Position numbers and translations under genes: made by a program. A stretch of 64,000 bases of DNA from Octopus sinensis (lineage: Eukaryota), in contig NC_042997.1 of the NCBI RefSeq assembly GCF_006345805.1, forward strand, positions 166,036,001 to 166,100,000, written 5' to 3'. The notes beneath the pieces were generated by a model. The model was not told the DNA's origin. It ran no database searches and saw nothing but the letters and a program-made list of their open reading frames with translations. The stretch's first letter is position 1. Each line of letters begins with the position of its first letter. Below, in pieces: positions 39,860 to 51,329 of this stretch.

Positions 39860-40272
39860 GGCGTAGGAGTGGCTGTGTGATAAATAGCTTGTTTACCAAC
39901 CACATGGTTCCGAGTTCAGTCCCACTGCGTGGCACCTTGGGCGAGCGTCTTCTGATATAGCCTCGGGTCGACCAAAGCCTTGTGAGTGGATTTGGTAGAC
40001 GGAAACTGAAAGAAGCCCGTCATATATATGTATGTATGTGTGTATGTGTGTGTGTGTGTATGTTTGTGTGTCTGTGTTTGTCCCCCAACATCGCTTGACA
40101 ACCGATGCTGGTGTGTTTACGTCGCCATAACTTAGTGGTTCGGCAAAAGAGTCCGATAGAATAAGTATTAGGCTTACAAAGAATAAGTCCTGGGGTCGAT
40201 TTGCTCGACTAAAGGCGGTGCTCCAGCATGGCCACAGTCAAATGACTGAAGCAAGTAAAAGAGTAAAAGAGT
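39860..40272 (+). mobile_element. SINE family A (tRNA head, CORE-like segment, internal TA/TG microsatellite, gtaaaaga tail), full length
   Basis: ggcgtaggagtggctgtg..ggcaccttgggc..gtggatttggtagacggaaactgaaagaagccc-(TA)(TG)n-..aagtaaaagagtaaaagag. Confidence 0.88.
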
Positions 40273-40352
40273 AGTTAATATGAGTTAATACAGCTTAGAT
40301 TATCTTACGTAAATTTGTATCTATTAGAGCCTCGGCAATCCTGAACACTGAC

Positions 40353-40433
40353 TGATAGCGTTTGTAGTGTTACAGATGATGACAACAATGATGACGAATA
40401 TTCCAATGGCGAGACAACGTTGACATCTACATT
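40353..40433 (-). CDS. Candidate upstream exon of the FReD gene encoding a hydrophobic segment (E)CRCQRCLAIGIFVIIVVIICNTTNAI
   Basis: T-rich acceptor tatttatttgtcactag, possible donor gtcagt, 81 bp phase 1-1 compatible with FReD exon; signal peptide/anchor-like sequence; no start codon found. Confidence 0.4.
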
Positions 40434-41005
40434 CTAGTGACAAATAAATACCAACAAATATGGTATAGTTTTCTCAGATAATGTATATATAAATGTGCCG
40501 AGGGAAGCTGGAAAGAATAGCAAAAGCTGACTTTGCAGGTTAGCGAAGTTATGTAGATAGCAACGGAAAATTATTTGAACTCTGTCTGCTGCCTTATCTT
40601 GACTTGGCCTGGATTTAATGTCGAGACATAAAATAAACTTAAACTAGTTGACATAGCAGAACGTCTGGTTTGGGAATAACGCTTGCAGCCGGTCTGTTAC
40701 TCACACTCTCACGCTTCCCTCTACTGTTATTTGCTGTTCTCGTCCCCCGCCCCACCGCTTTTAATTCCCGCTTCCATCATACCAACAAGTTTAATGATGA
40801 GAGCATTAGCAGCCACGATATGACAGGCGATGAAATGAAAGAGAAAGGTAAAGAAAGAGAAGAAACGGAGATTGATAGACGAGGAAGGTATGGGTTGGAA
40901 AAGGAAAAAATTACAGTGAAAAATGGAACGAGAGGATAGGATATAAGGTCAAAAGAGTAACGAAAAATTAATGGAAGACGGACGCATGCTGACGAGGGTA
41001 GACAG

Positions 41006-41110
<105 letters not shown>

Positions 41111-41292
41111 CAGACATTGGACGAGGGTAGAAATAAAGCATAAAATTTAATCACACACACAAGACATATAATATGCACACGCATAAACACATAGACAGCC
41201 TGATGCACATATTCACAGACATATGTACATACATGTTCATATGTATATGCATATCTATCTATCTATCTACCTATCTATCTATCTATCTATCT

Positions 41293-41335
<43 letters not shown>

Positions 41336-41340
41336 ACATG

Positions 41341-41623
41341 TGGAGGCGCAATGGCCCAGTGGTTAGGGCAGCGGAATCGCGGTCGTAGGATCGCGGTTTC
41401 GATTTCCAGACCGGGCGTTGTGAGTGTTTATTGAGCGAAAACACCTAAAAGCTCCACGACGCTCCTGGTTATCCCTGCTGTACTCTTTCACCACTCTTTC
41501 TTCTGTTAGCCTGCTCGCTTAGCCAGCGGGGTGGCGTCATTCGAAGGCTAAAACAATGCGAACGCATTGTGACCAGCGATGTGTAACAACATCTGATGGT
41601 CTGGTCGGTCACGTGGTCACGTG
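41341..41623 (+). mobile_element. SINE family D (tRNA-headed)
   Basis: A box ggcccagtggttagg, B box-like ggtttcgatttcc, ends in ggtcacgtggtcacgtga; shares tactctttcaccac with 968-1215. Confidence 0.72.
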
Positions 41624-41989
41624 ATATATATTGCATACACATACGTAAGCATATATAAACATAAATATATACACGTGTGTGTCCCTCCGTGTGTGGTGCA
41701 CTACTCCATCAGTTGGTCATGTGAGCGTCAAATTGTTCGCTCAATGAACTACTCGTTGAATTAAAGTACGAGTGCTTGAGTATTCCACAGAAACGTAATG
41801 CTCGAGTAGAACAGCATGACAGCGCAACAATGCAAAGCATTAGAGATATATTACACGCAGTGGTTTCGGTCTGGGAGCGTCATGGCTACGGAACAAACTC
41901 CTTAACAATTCGCGTGCGCGTGCGAACACTCACACACACACACACACACAGACACACACACACGCAAGCACGCACATATTTGTGAAAGC

Positions 41990-43170
41990 TTTTGTGACAA
42001 TAAGCTTGCTTGCCAATCTTTTTTGCTAATACCACGGCTGAAAATTCCTTATTCCTGAGCAGTGTTACTACACCTCTACTAACAGCACTAGAAATTCTTC
42101 CCTTCTGCTGCCAGTTACTGCAGACGTCTGCCAAGAGGCCGCCAAGCAAATCCGACACGAATATATAGAATCCATAGGACAGACCGCCCAAACTGGGCGA
42201 GTTGCGACTTGGGTAATCGTGCATCGTCTCCCGTATTTCAGGAATCCGTTATCGGCTTTTCGCAGAACCTCGCGATCAGAGAACCTCGCGTTCGCTACCG
42301 AAAGCTGCGGCAAGCCGTCTAGATACAAACTAAAATCTGCTATTGTCGTCGACCCACCGCCCTCCCCGCACAGCCGAGCAAAGTACTGTTGGAAAGTCGC
42401 ACACATCTGCTCGTAATCGAGTAGCACCTGATTGTGGCCTTGTTGCTGCATCGAGTTTCCACCGCTCGGGCCCATCGGACGGTTTTAGTTCCTTCGTGTC
42501 AGAGCACAGAGGCCTTATCTCTGATAACGCGGCCTTCTTGTTTCGCCTCAAAGAAATGGTCAAGGGCCATTTTCACCGCTAGCACGTCCATCGCAGTGCC
42601 TTTACTAATCGCCTCGTCTAGATTGCTAATTAGTTCTCACTCTTATCTATTTCTTCCTATGGCTAACTCTGCTAAACGCTATCGATTCTACTCTAATCGT
42701 CCTCTTTAGGACGATCTACCACCCGTGGTTGACGATTACTCCTATCAACCATCGTTTAACTAGTTCATTAATCCGGTCTCTGTAGCCTTTGTGTGCCGAT
42801 AAGGATGCGTTCAACTCCCAGTAACCAGATCCCCGTCAACGGGTTCTATCTAAATCGACTGTGCAGATCACAAATTTCTGGTCTGTGTAGCCGACCACTT
42901 TAGATTGTGGACGACTTGCGTTATTCCTATTCTCTAATCTAACAAATACTCTATCTAGATGTGATCTGGATGGCCCGTTGTGGTTGCTCCATGTCTACAT
43001 TGGCACATCAGAGAAATCCAGTCACTAGCTGGAAATCTGAATTTTAGAGGCTTTTACGCCCACTTTTCCAATACATTAGGCCAACACAGACTTTCCGTGC
43101 GTTTAAAATATTATCCCAGTCCCCCACTAGTACTAAAGTGCGAAATATTCTCAGGAATGTTTCTAGCCCG
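41990..43170 (-). mobile_element. L1/Tx1-clade LINE remnant (endonuclease end, linker, start of RT)
   Basis: LVLVGDWDNIL, CATFQQYFARL, LLADVCSNWQQKGRISSAVSRGVVTLLRNK; frameshifted. Confidence 0.7.
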
Positions 43171-43202
43171 ATGTTAGCAATTTTTATTTTCCAACAGTTT
43201 AA

Positions 43203-43220
43203 TTTGTTGTGCGAATATGA

Positions 43221-43293
<73 letters not shown>

Positions 43294-43569
43294 TGAGATG
43301 ATGATGATGATTTCAAATTTTATCACAAGAGCAGCAATTTTGGGGGAGAGTGAGTCGATTATATCGACCCCAGTGTTCAACTGGTACTTATTTTATCGAT
43401 TCCAGAAGCACGAAAGGCAAAGTCGACATTGGCGGAACTTGCACTCAGAACATGAAGACGGACGAAATACCGCTTTGCATTTCGCCCGGTGTGCTAACGA
43501 TTCTATCAGCACACCGCCTTAACAACAACAACAACAACAACAACAACAATAATAATAATAATAATAATA

Positions 43570-43608
<39 letters not shown>

Positions 43609-43630
43609 TAATAATAATAATGATGATGAT
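43203..43630. repeat. (AAT)n/(AAC)n/(GAT)n microsatellite tracts flanking a SINE
   Basis: Direct inspection. Confidence 0.93.
43312..43520 (-). mobile_element. SINE family B monomer
   Basis: Similar to unit 1 head and core of the 6676 copy, between (AAT)n tracts. Confidence 0.8.
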
Positions 43631-43639
43631 GATAACTCA

Positions 43640-44045
43640 TTCTTTTATTGGTCACAAGGGTTAATATAAATCAAAACATTAAAGGACAGCACAAGACTAT
43701 ATACAAAGGGTTTTACAAAATACAATGTAATAATACAATGTAACAAAAAACTCTCAATGGGGGAGGTGCTTTAAAGGTTACTCGTGGAAAAACCCCTAAA
43801 AGCCACGGGTGCCTGATCAACAGGGCAAGAGCCCATCTCCTTTTATACATTTTTTACAGGTGTATTCTCAGAATTGGTCTATCCATACTGGCCATTTTTC
43901 CGACATCCACCCATTGGTCAGCAATGCTCGGGCACTGGACGAGTGCGTGCAGAACGGTTTCATCGCTCTGAGCGCACCTCGGTCGCCCGGCTGAGAACAC
44001 GTCAGCGCCCCGCAGTAGCACTGCCAGGCGAGGGATTTCTGGAAG
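43640..44045 (-). mobile_element. Probable L1/Tx1-clade LINE 3' end
   Basis: C-terminal RWVDVGKMASMD-like peptide followed by short T-rich UTR, between (AAT)n tracts. Confidence 0.5.
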
Positions 44046-44051
44046 TTAAAT

Positions 44052-44091
44052 AGTAATAATAATAATAATAATAACAATAATAATAATAATG

Positions 44092-44158
<67 letters not shown>
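44052..44158. repeat. (AAT)n microsatellite, 5' flank of Dong LINE
   Basis: Direct inspection. Confidence 0.96.
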
Positions 44159-44160
<2 letters not shown>

Positions 44161-47100
44161 GTAACTGAAGATCTCGCATTTGCTGAAGAACACAGAGAGT
44201 CTATGGCAGAAATGAGGCAGAAAATCCTGAATACGCTTGAAGTTGTAAGACATACAAGTATGAATGATAGAGAACCACTTCATAAACTCTCAAATACAAA
44301 CCAAAATAAAAAAACAAATCCAAATTGGCAACTATGTAACAAATGAAATAATACGAGAATTAAAACCTGATTTTACTGAGTTAAATGAAATTATTTACGC
44401 TTCTGCTAGGGCAATTGAACCAGCTGTATGCCCCCGAAAAAACAAAGAAAACCAAACCTGGGAAGAAATCAAACCTGGAGAAGTAAAATTGAAAAAGAGA
44501 TTGAATTTATGAGAGGGGAAATATCAATATTAAATGAACTAATATGTGGAAATGATGTAAGATCCAGAACAGGAAGAAAGATGAAGAGAAAATTTGGATC
44601 CTCACCAAGAGAAGAACTGATATCAATAAAAGAAACGCTGAAACAAAAAGTCCAAGCAAAAGCCCAAAGAATACGAAGATTTGAGAAGAGAAACAAGTTT
44701 TACAAGCAAAATAAGCTGTTCACATCCAATGCCAAAAAATTCTACAGAGAAATAGGGAAGGAGAAAGTAACCGTTAAAGACCCCCCTCCCATGGAAGAAG
44801 TTCAAAACTTTTGGAAAAGTATTTGGAGTGACAAGAAGACATACAACATAAATGCAGACTGGATTATACAAACTGAAGGATCCTACCAAAATTTACAACA
44901 ACAAGCATGGGAAGACATCACAATAGCAGACCTAAGAAAGGCACTCACGAAGGCCCATAATTGGAAATCCCCCGGTAAAGATAGGGTGCCGAATTTCTGG
45001 CTCGCATCACTCCCATGCGCACACGGTAAGCTAGTTCAGCTGCTCAATGGAATTATGAGAGACCCAAAGAAAACACCTGAATGGTTAGCAAGTGGCATTA
45101 CTTACTTACTCCCAAAGAATAACGAAACCAACCTTCCAAAAAACTATCGGCCTATAACCTGTCTATCCACCACGTATAAAATCCTAACATCTATCCTGGC
45201 GGAGAAAACATATGCATTCATGGAGAAAAACGATATTTTCCCCATTGAACAAAAAGGGTGCCGGCGAGGCTCTTACGGATGCAAAGATCAACTGCTAATC
45301 AATCGTATGATCCTTGAGAACTGTCACAACAAGCGCAGAAATCTCAGCACCGCATGGATTGACTACAAAAAGGCCTTCGACAGTATACCGCATCCATGGA
45401 TCTTGAGATCGCTGGACATCTTCAAAATTTCCCCTGTGATTTCAAACTTCCTGAAGCACAATATGTCGTTGTGGAATACGAATCTCCAATTATACCACTC
45501 TAATGGAGTACTTGCCTCAGAAAATATAAACATCAACTGTGGAATTTTTCAAGGTGACTCACTTTCACCTTTAATATTCTGCATAGCCCTAATATCCCTT
45601 ACAAGTGAATTAAACAGAACAGGGTATGGGTATAAAATTGCCAATAAAAAAATAAGCCATCTATTTTATATGGATGACTTAAAACTTTATGGTAAAGACA
45701 ATAATGAACTTGAAGGCCTATTGCGCACCGTGAAAGCATTCAGCGATGACATCGGGATGGAGTTTGGACTTGAGAAGTGTGCCAAGGCCACTTTCCAGAA
45801 AGGGAAAGTGAAGACCACAAATTCAGTCGTGTTAGATGTTGACACAGTCATAAGAGAGCTTGAGCAAGAACAAACATACAAATATTTAGGGATAAATGAA
45901 GGCTCTGGTATTCAGCATGCAAGCATGAAAGAGAAAATCAGGAAGGAATGTTATAAGAGAGTTCGTGCAGTCCTGAAATCTGAACTAAATGCACGTAACA
46001 AGGTGTTAGCTATAAATTCCTTAGCAGTTCCAGTTGTTACTTATAGCTACAATGTGTTGAACTGGAATATGAGTGAAGTAAAGAATATAGATAGAAAAAT
46101 ACGCAAGCTGCTGAGTTGTAATAGGATGCACCACCCAAAGGCAGACGTAGATCGCCTTTACCTTCCCAGAGCCCAAGGAGGTCGAGGCCTGATCCAATTT
46201 GAACTAGCTTACAAAACAACCACAATTGGACTGGCCAAATATCTCGAAATATCGAATGACTGGATACTAAAGCTCGTGGAAAATCACGAGACGAAAGAAG
46301 CTTCATTCTATCATAAAGGAAAGCAAAAAATTTGCTATTGATCTCGTGCAGGATACCCAAACTGAACAACCCGAGGGAAGTACGGCAACTATTGTTGCAA
46401 AGAAGGTGAAAATGATGGCAATGAAAAAAGCGCACGAGCAATTGGCTGATAGGTGGGAGGAGAAACCTCTGCACGGCAAATATGTGACCCGCAGCAAACA
46501 AGCTGATGTTGACCAGAAGCAAACCCATCAGTGGCTACGGAGCTCAGGGCTAAAAGCAGAGAGCGAAGGTTTCATCCTGGCTGCTCAAGATCAAAGCCTA
46601 TTAACCGGAACTACCAGGCCAATGTGATGAAAAATGGAGCAGACCCAAAATGCCGATTCTGCAACGACATGATTGAAACAGTGGACCACCTAATCTCTGG
46701 ATGTAAAGTCTTAGCACCAGTGGAGTATAAATTAAGACATGACAGAGTTGGCCAATATCTCCACTGGCTAATAAGTCGGCATTACAATATCAAAACTGCC
46801 GACAAGTGGTATAATCACCACCCTGAGGCTGTAACTGAAGGAGAAAATGTAACGATTCTGTGGGACTTTCCAGTACATACAGACCGAACCATCAAGGCCA
46901 ATAAACCAGATATTGTTGTGAAAGACCAAAACAATAAAGTTTGCTTATTGATCGACATGAGCATCCCCTGTGATCATTATATCTCAGCGAAAGAGTTTGA
47001 CAAGCTCAGAAAATATAAAGACCTACTCATTGAAATTGAGAAAATGTGGCATCTCAAGGCGGTTACAATACCAGTGATCGTAGGAGCACCAGGAATGATC

Positions 47101-47393
47101 AAGAAGGGAACCGAAAATTATATGAGAATGATCCCTGGCTTACCATCCCTGCAAGAAGTGCAAAAGATTGTCTTAACTGGTACATCACACGTATTGAGAA
47201 GAGCATTGTCGATGTGAGAACTGTTGCTGCTCATGTATTTTAATTTAACTTTAAAAAAAAAAATTTTTTTAATGATGAACGAACTACTGAGTTTGGTTTA
47301 ATAGCCTACCAATGTATACTGAGTTTCTTTGCCCTAGGAGTCGGGAAGACACTCGGCAAGAAATGGAAGCAAATTTGAAAGAAGAAAAAAAAA

Positions 47394-47395
<2 letters not shown>
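44159..47395 (+). mobile_element. R4/Dong-type non-LTR retrotransposon (RT + CCHC + restriction-like endonuclease), 5'-truncated, about 4 frameshifts
   Basis: RT motifs AWIDYKKAFDS, GIFQGDSLSPL, YMDDLKL; CRFC..ETVDHLISGC zinc knuckle; KPDIVV..LIDMSIP..K..KY REL nuclease; flanked on both sides by (AAT)n; A-rich 3' end. Confidence 0.92.
44428..46341 (+). CDS. Reverse transcriptase ORF segment (637 aa) of the R4/Dong LINE
   Basis: ORF track; complete RT core; reading frame continues after indels at about 46290 and 46605 into 46346-46627 and 46531-47217. Confidence 0.85.
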   Translation: MPPKKQRKPNLGRNQTWRSKIEKEIEFMRGEISILNELICGNDVRSRTGRKMKRKFGSSPREELISIKETLKQKVQAKAQRIRRFEKRNKFYKQNKLFTSNAKKFYREIGKEKVTVKDPPPMEEVQNFWKSIWSDKKTYNINADWIIQTEGSYQNLQQQAWEDITIADLRKALTKAHNWKSPGKDRVPNFWLASLPCAHGKLVQLLNGIMRDPKKTPEWLASGITYLLPKNNETNLPKNYRPITCLSTTYKILTSILAEKTYAFMEKNDIFPIEQKGCRRGSYGCKDQLLINRMILENCHNKRRNLSTAWIDYKKAFDSIPHPWILRSLDIFKISPVISNFLKHNMSLWNTNLQLYHSNGVLASENININCGIFQGDSLSPLIFCIALISLTSELNRTGYGYKIANKKISHLFYMDDLKLYGKDNNELEGLLRTVKAFSDDIGMEFGLEKCAKATFQKGKVKTTNSVVLDVDTVIRELEQEQTYKYLGINEGSGIQHASMKEKIRKECYKRVRAVLKSELNARNKVLAINSLAVPVVTYSYNVLNWNMSEVKNIDRKIRKLLSCNRMHHPKADVDRLYLPRAQGGRGLIQFELAYKTTTIGLAKYLEISNDWILKLVENHETKEASFYHKGKQKICY

Positions 47396-47463
<68 letters not shown>

Positions 47464-47472
47464 TAATAATAA
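47395..47472. repeat. (AAT)n microsatellite, 3' flank of Dong LINE
   Basis: Direct inspection. Confidence 0.96.
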
Positions 47473-49620
47473 GGTGGTTCTACTACCGAAATGAGGTAGA
47501 ATTGATAAGATGGAAGGAATTATATTACCAGACAGGCAAGTTATGAAGGAAATTGACAACAACGCGTGTAAGTACTCAGGCAATTTAAAAACAGATCAAA
47601 TAAAAAGATGGAAATGAAAGATCTGTTATCGAAGAAATATAAACGGAGACTGAAATCACTGTTAAGAACAAAGTGGTAGAAATAAGATATTGGCTGTCAA
47701 CACACGGGCCGTTGCAGCTCTAAGGTATAGCGCTGGTGTGTTAGTGTGGTGAAGTGCTGACCCTAAGGATCTTGATAGAGAAACGAGGAAAATGACGGGG
47801 ATAAGTTGTTTCAAACGCGACAAAGAGGAGGGAGATGTCTCTTTAGGGAAATATGTGTGAAGTCTGATAAAAATAATCTGGCATGGTATACAAAGAATTC
47901 AAAGGAGAAATTAGTTAGTTAGTTAGTTAGTTAGTTAATTTGGGTCAAAAGCAAATAGCAAGGCCATGTAGGGGGACATGGAGTTAAGTACAGGGTGGTG
48001 TTCATGTAAAGAGTTCAGGCCCCTTGAGGTCCAGGGAGGCTTTGAACAAAGCGGTCGTCGGCATCTTCACCATCTCGTCTGGCAGCTTGTTCCACGGATC
48101 CGCAACCCGGACGGAGAAAGCTCCTCTCCTTCGATTGAGATGAAATCGTCGCAGGTAGAGCTTTTCGGAATGACCCCGCAGCCGACGCTCCGGAGCAGGA
48201 GTGAAGAACAGCTCTTTCGAGAGGTTACACTTCCCGCTTATGATGTTGTGAGCGAGAATGAGATCACCACGGCGGCGGCGTTTTTCAAGAGAATAAAGGT
48301 CGAGCGTCCTCAGCCTTTCTTCGTAGGACAAATTTTTGAGACCATGAACCAGGCGGGTAGCCAGCCTCTGGACTCTTTCGAGGTGCTGTATGTCTTTGAG
48401 GAGATAAGGAGAAGAGGCTTGAATCCCATACTCCAATATGGGTCTCACCAGCGTGACATAGAGTGGCAGGAATATGGCTGCTGTGAGCATTCCGAATGAC
48501 CGTCGAATCAAAAACAGAATTCCGCGCGCTTTGTTGGCAGCATAGACGCACTGGGCCGAAGGCGAAAAGGAGGAATCCACCAAGATACCCAGGTCCTTTA
48601 CCTGATCGGTCCTCTCCAGCAGCAGACGACCCGGCTCGAAATCAAGTTGAGTTGCAGGAGTAGAGCCGACAGGCAGATGACAGCACTTTGACACGTTCAG
48701 ACACAGGTCCCAATCGTTAGACCACTTCCAAATTTGGTGGAGGCAAGAAATTGGTGGCAAGAATAAGAAGGATAAAAGTCCTAAGCAGTGATGAAGCAAA
48801 CAAAAAGGGAAAATTTAAACAAGACAGATAGAATGACACCTTGAACAGATGGAAAAAAAATGTATGGTCAATTCTTGCAGGAAACGCCCGAGACAATTGA
48901 CAAAGGTAAGATCTAGGAATAGACTAGGAAAAGCGACTTGAAAGTTGAAACTGAGGCCCTAATCTTCGCAGCCCAAGAATAGGCACTGAGAATGAATTAT
49001 ATCAAGTGAACTATTGACAAGTGACTTCATCACTTTGTAGGTTGTAGGTGAGAAATGTGAAACAATAAACCACATTATTAGTAAATGTAAGATGCTTGCA
49101 CAGAAAGAGTACAAGAGAAGATACGACAACATTGCCAGATCCGTTCACTGGAAGCTCTGTCATAAGTATGACGTGAGCAAAAGTGAGAAATGGTGAGCAC
49201 CAACTGGAAAGGGTTGCTGAAAGAGTCTTGTGGAACATGACCATCCAGTGGCTAGAAAATCTGACATTGTTGTAGAAAAGAAGAACGAGGAAATTATTAT
49301 GGATTTTGTTTTACCGGGGAACGACAGGGTGAATGAGAAAGAAAATGAGAAAGTTGTGAAATATCATGAGCTAAAGAGGGAAATCAGGAAACTATCGAGA
49401 ATCGAGTACTTAGAAGTGGTGCCAATTGTGGTTGGGGTACCGGGAATAGTTAGTAAAAGGTTAAGAAGCTGAGAATTACCATCAGGATGGCACTGTAGCA
49501 GAAAACAGACTTGTTAGGAACAGCAAGGATTCTAGGCAGAATGGTAGAATGTTGAAGGAGAAGAATTGACTCAAAGGATCTTAGACCATTTGATACGGCT
49601 TACCCTTTTGGTATAGTGAC
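47473..49620 (+). mobile_element. Older, degenerate R4/Dong-type LINE 3' part, interrupted by a CR1 insertion
   Basis: Degenerate KYKRRLKSLL..RNKILAVNT..LRYSAG, ETEALIFAAQE, CETINHIISKC, KSDIVV..IMDFVLP motifs with stops and frameshifts. Confidence 0.8.
47913..48745 (-). mobile_element. CR1-clade LINE, 5'-truncated 3' fragment with (CTAA)n tail
   Basis: ORF 48002-48799: KDLGILVD, LYVTLVRPILEYG, LERVQRLATRLV, YEERLRTLDLYSLEKRRRRGDLI; possible 7-bp TSD AGAAATT at 47906-47912 and 48746-48752. Confidence 0.88.
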
Positions 49621-49897
49621 GGTATAACATCTGCCAGAGCAATAGCGTCACGAATGACGATGATAATAAGAATAATCTGACGTATAATAAAATGCAACGT
49701 GCGCTTCGTCTGTCACGCTCGTAGAAGGAGAGTAAAACAACAAACGGAGTGGGAGTGAGTAGCAATCAGCGGCACTATATGTAGGTGAACTGTAGTAAAA
49801 GGTTTTTCTCTGAAGTCGCTGATATTTTAATCAAAATAAAGCTGCAAATGTTTATCGTAAATTGTATTTGGTTTATCAGTTTCATACACATACACAT

Positions 49898-50035
49898 ATG
49901 AGGTCTAATCAATAAGTATCCGGACTGTTGGCATAGTAACGAATCTAAAGTACACAGAGTAAAGCCGCTTGGCACAGGTTGATCTTGAACTTTGCTGTGC
50001 ATGAGCACTAACTTTTAACGTTCTAGCTCACTGAA
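49898..50035 (+). mobile_element. mariner 5' end fragment
   Basis: tatgaggtctaatcaataagtatccggact resembles a mariner TIR; no partner TIR seen. Confidence 0.45.
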
Positions 50036-50524
50036 AGGCATTGTCGATCCCGGCAGCATTTGAACCCAGAACGTAAAAACGGACGAAATGGTATCTTAAG
50101 CTGAAAAATAACTTTAACTGAAATATAACTGTTGTCATACTCAGTCCTGTGTCCTTACTTAATTTGCTTGAATAAATTTTATGTTATTCACACAATTAAA
50201 TTACGAAATATACTATTGAGTTCGTTTCTTTAGCGCAGTAAATTTGACATGAGACTGTTGTAAACGTATTAGATTGCAATTTCAATTCTTACATGAAAGA
50301 TCACAAGGGAAATTCAGCAGTGTCTAATTAAGACGAATATGCATTCACTAAGAACATTATACGGCTACATTTCAGCCTAGGCTGCGCACGGGAATTCAGG
50401 TATTCAGTTAATATCTAATATTCATTCACACCCACCCACGCGCTCGCACACACGAACACACACACACACGTCATACACGTCATATGATATAATATGATAT
50501 ATATATATGTGTGTGTGTGTATAA

Positions 50525-50700
50525 TTTTCATCATTTTGAACCGTTAATCCCTACACATTTTTCTCTCCCAATCCTTTCTGTCGGAGAGCGTAGGCTCGAA
50601 ACGTCAAAGACCTTTCCATTCTTCCCCGAGCGTTAAACTAATACACCTACTTGCTGTTCTTTCACCTGTCTTCGGCTTTTGTTTTCTGTAAACTTGAACT
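50525..50700 (+). mobile_element. Probable Penelope-like terminal repeat fragment
   Basis: Contains degenerate ctg..ga-gagcgtaggctc-gaaacgtc signature of PLE terminal repeats. Confidence 0.4.
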
Positions 50701-50877
50701 ATACATATGATATATATATATATATATATACTTTTATATATTTGTAATGAATAATTATGTTTTGCAATGTTCTTGATGTGAAATCGTGTGCTGAAAGAAA
50801 TATTGTTATATTTGGTGGATGGTAATTTTTGTTTTGTCAATTAATCATATGTACTCTATACTTGTTGTTCATTTCAG

Positions 50878-50934
<57 letters not shown>

Positions 50935-51329
50935 TATTATAGTGTCCTTTGTCTGAAATCTTTCGTTACAACATGCTGTGACCTCGTCAACGACTCTCCA
51001 TTTCACATGTCTCTTCTTGTTCTGTTTAGTCCAGTGAATGTACTAAAGAGAACAGAAGGAGACTAATATATATATATTCAAATTATGCACCTCTATAGAA
51101 AAAACATCATGTTTTGTTTAAACGTCTGAAACTGAGGTTTTTCGTCGGGATATATCCCTTTAAAGAAGTATACTGCTATAAATACAATATGTTTCAGAGT
51201 TTGTTGAAATGAAATCAGGGAAGCGACAGATACCATATATCGCAATACATAATGCTTATCAATGCCGCATATTCGTGTCACTTCTGAAACTAAATCGAAA
51301 TCTCTATTCTGAAGTATAAACAGATAGTG

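Noticed and set aside
40303-40375. Strong - strand donor gtaaga at 40308 as the exon joining the FReD exon
   Set aside because: The phase-1 frame has a stop about 20 codons upstream, no good acceptor, and would replace the conserved Asp with His
40376-40437. + strand terminal exon DDNNDDEYSNGETTLTSTF* with downstream AATAAA
   Set aside because: No upstream + strand gene needs it (TEP already terminates), and the opposite strand gives a more protein-like reading
50578-50620. Second hammerhead-like motif ctgtcgga-gagcgtaggctc-gaaacgtc
   Set aside because: Core CUGANGA is broken (CUGUCGG) and no helix I can form; kept only as a PLE signature
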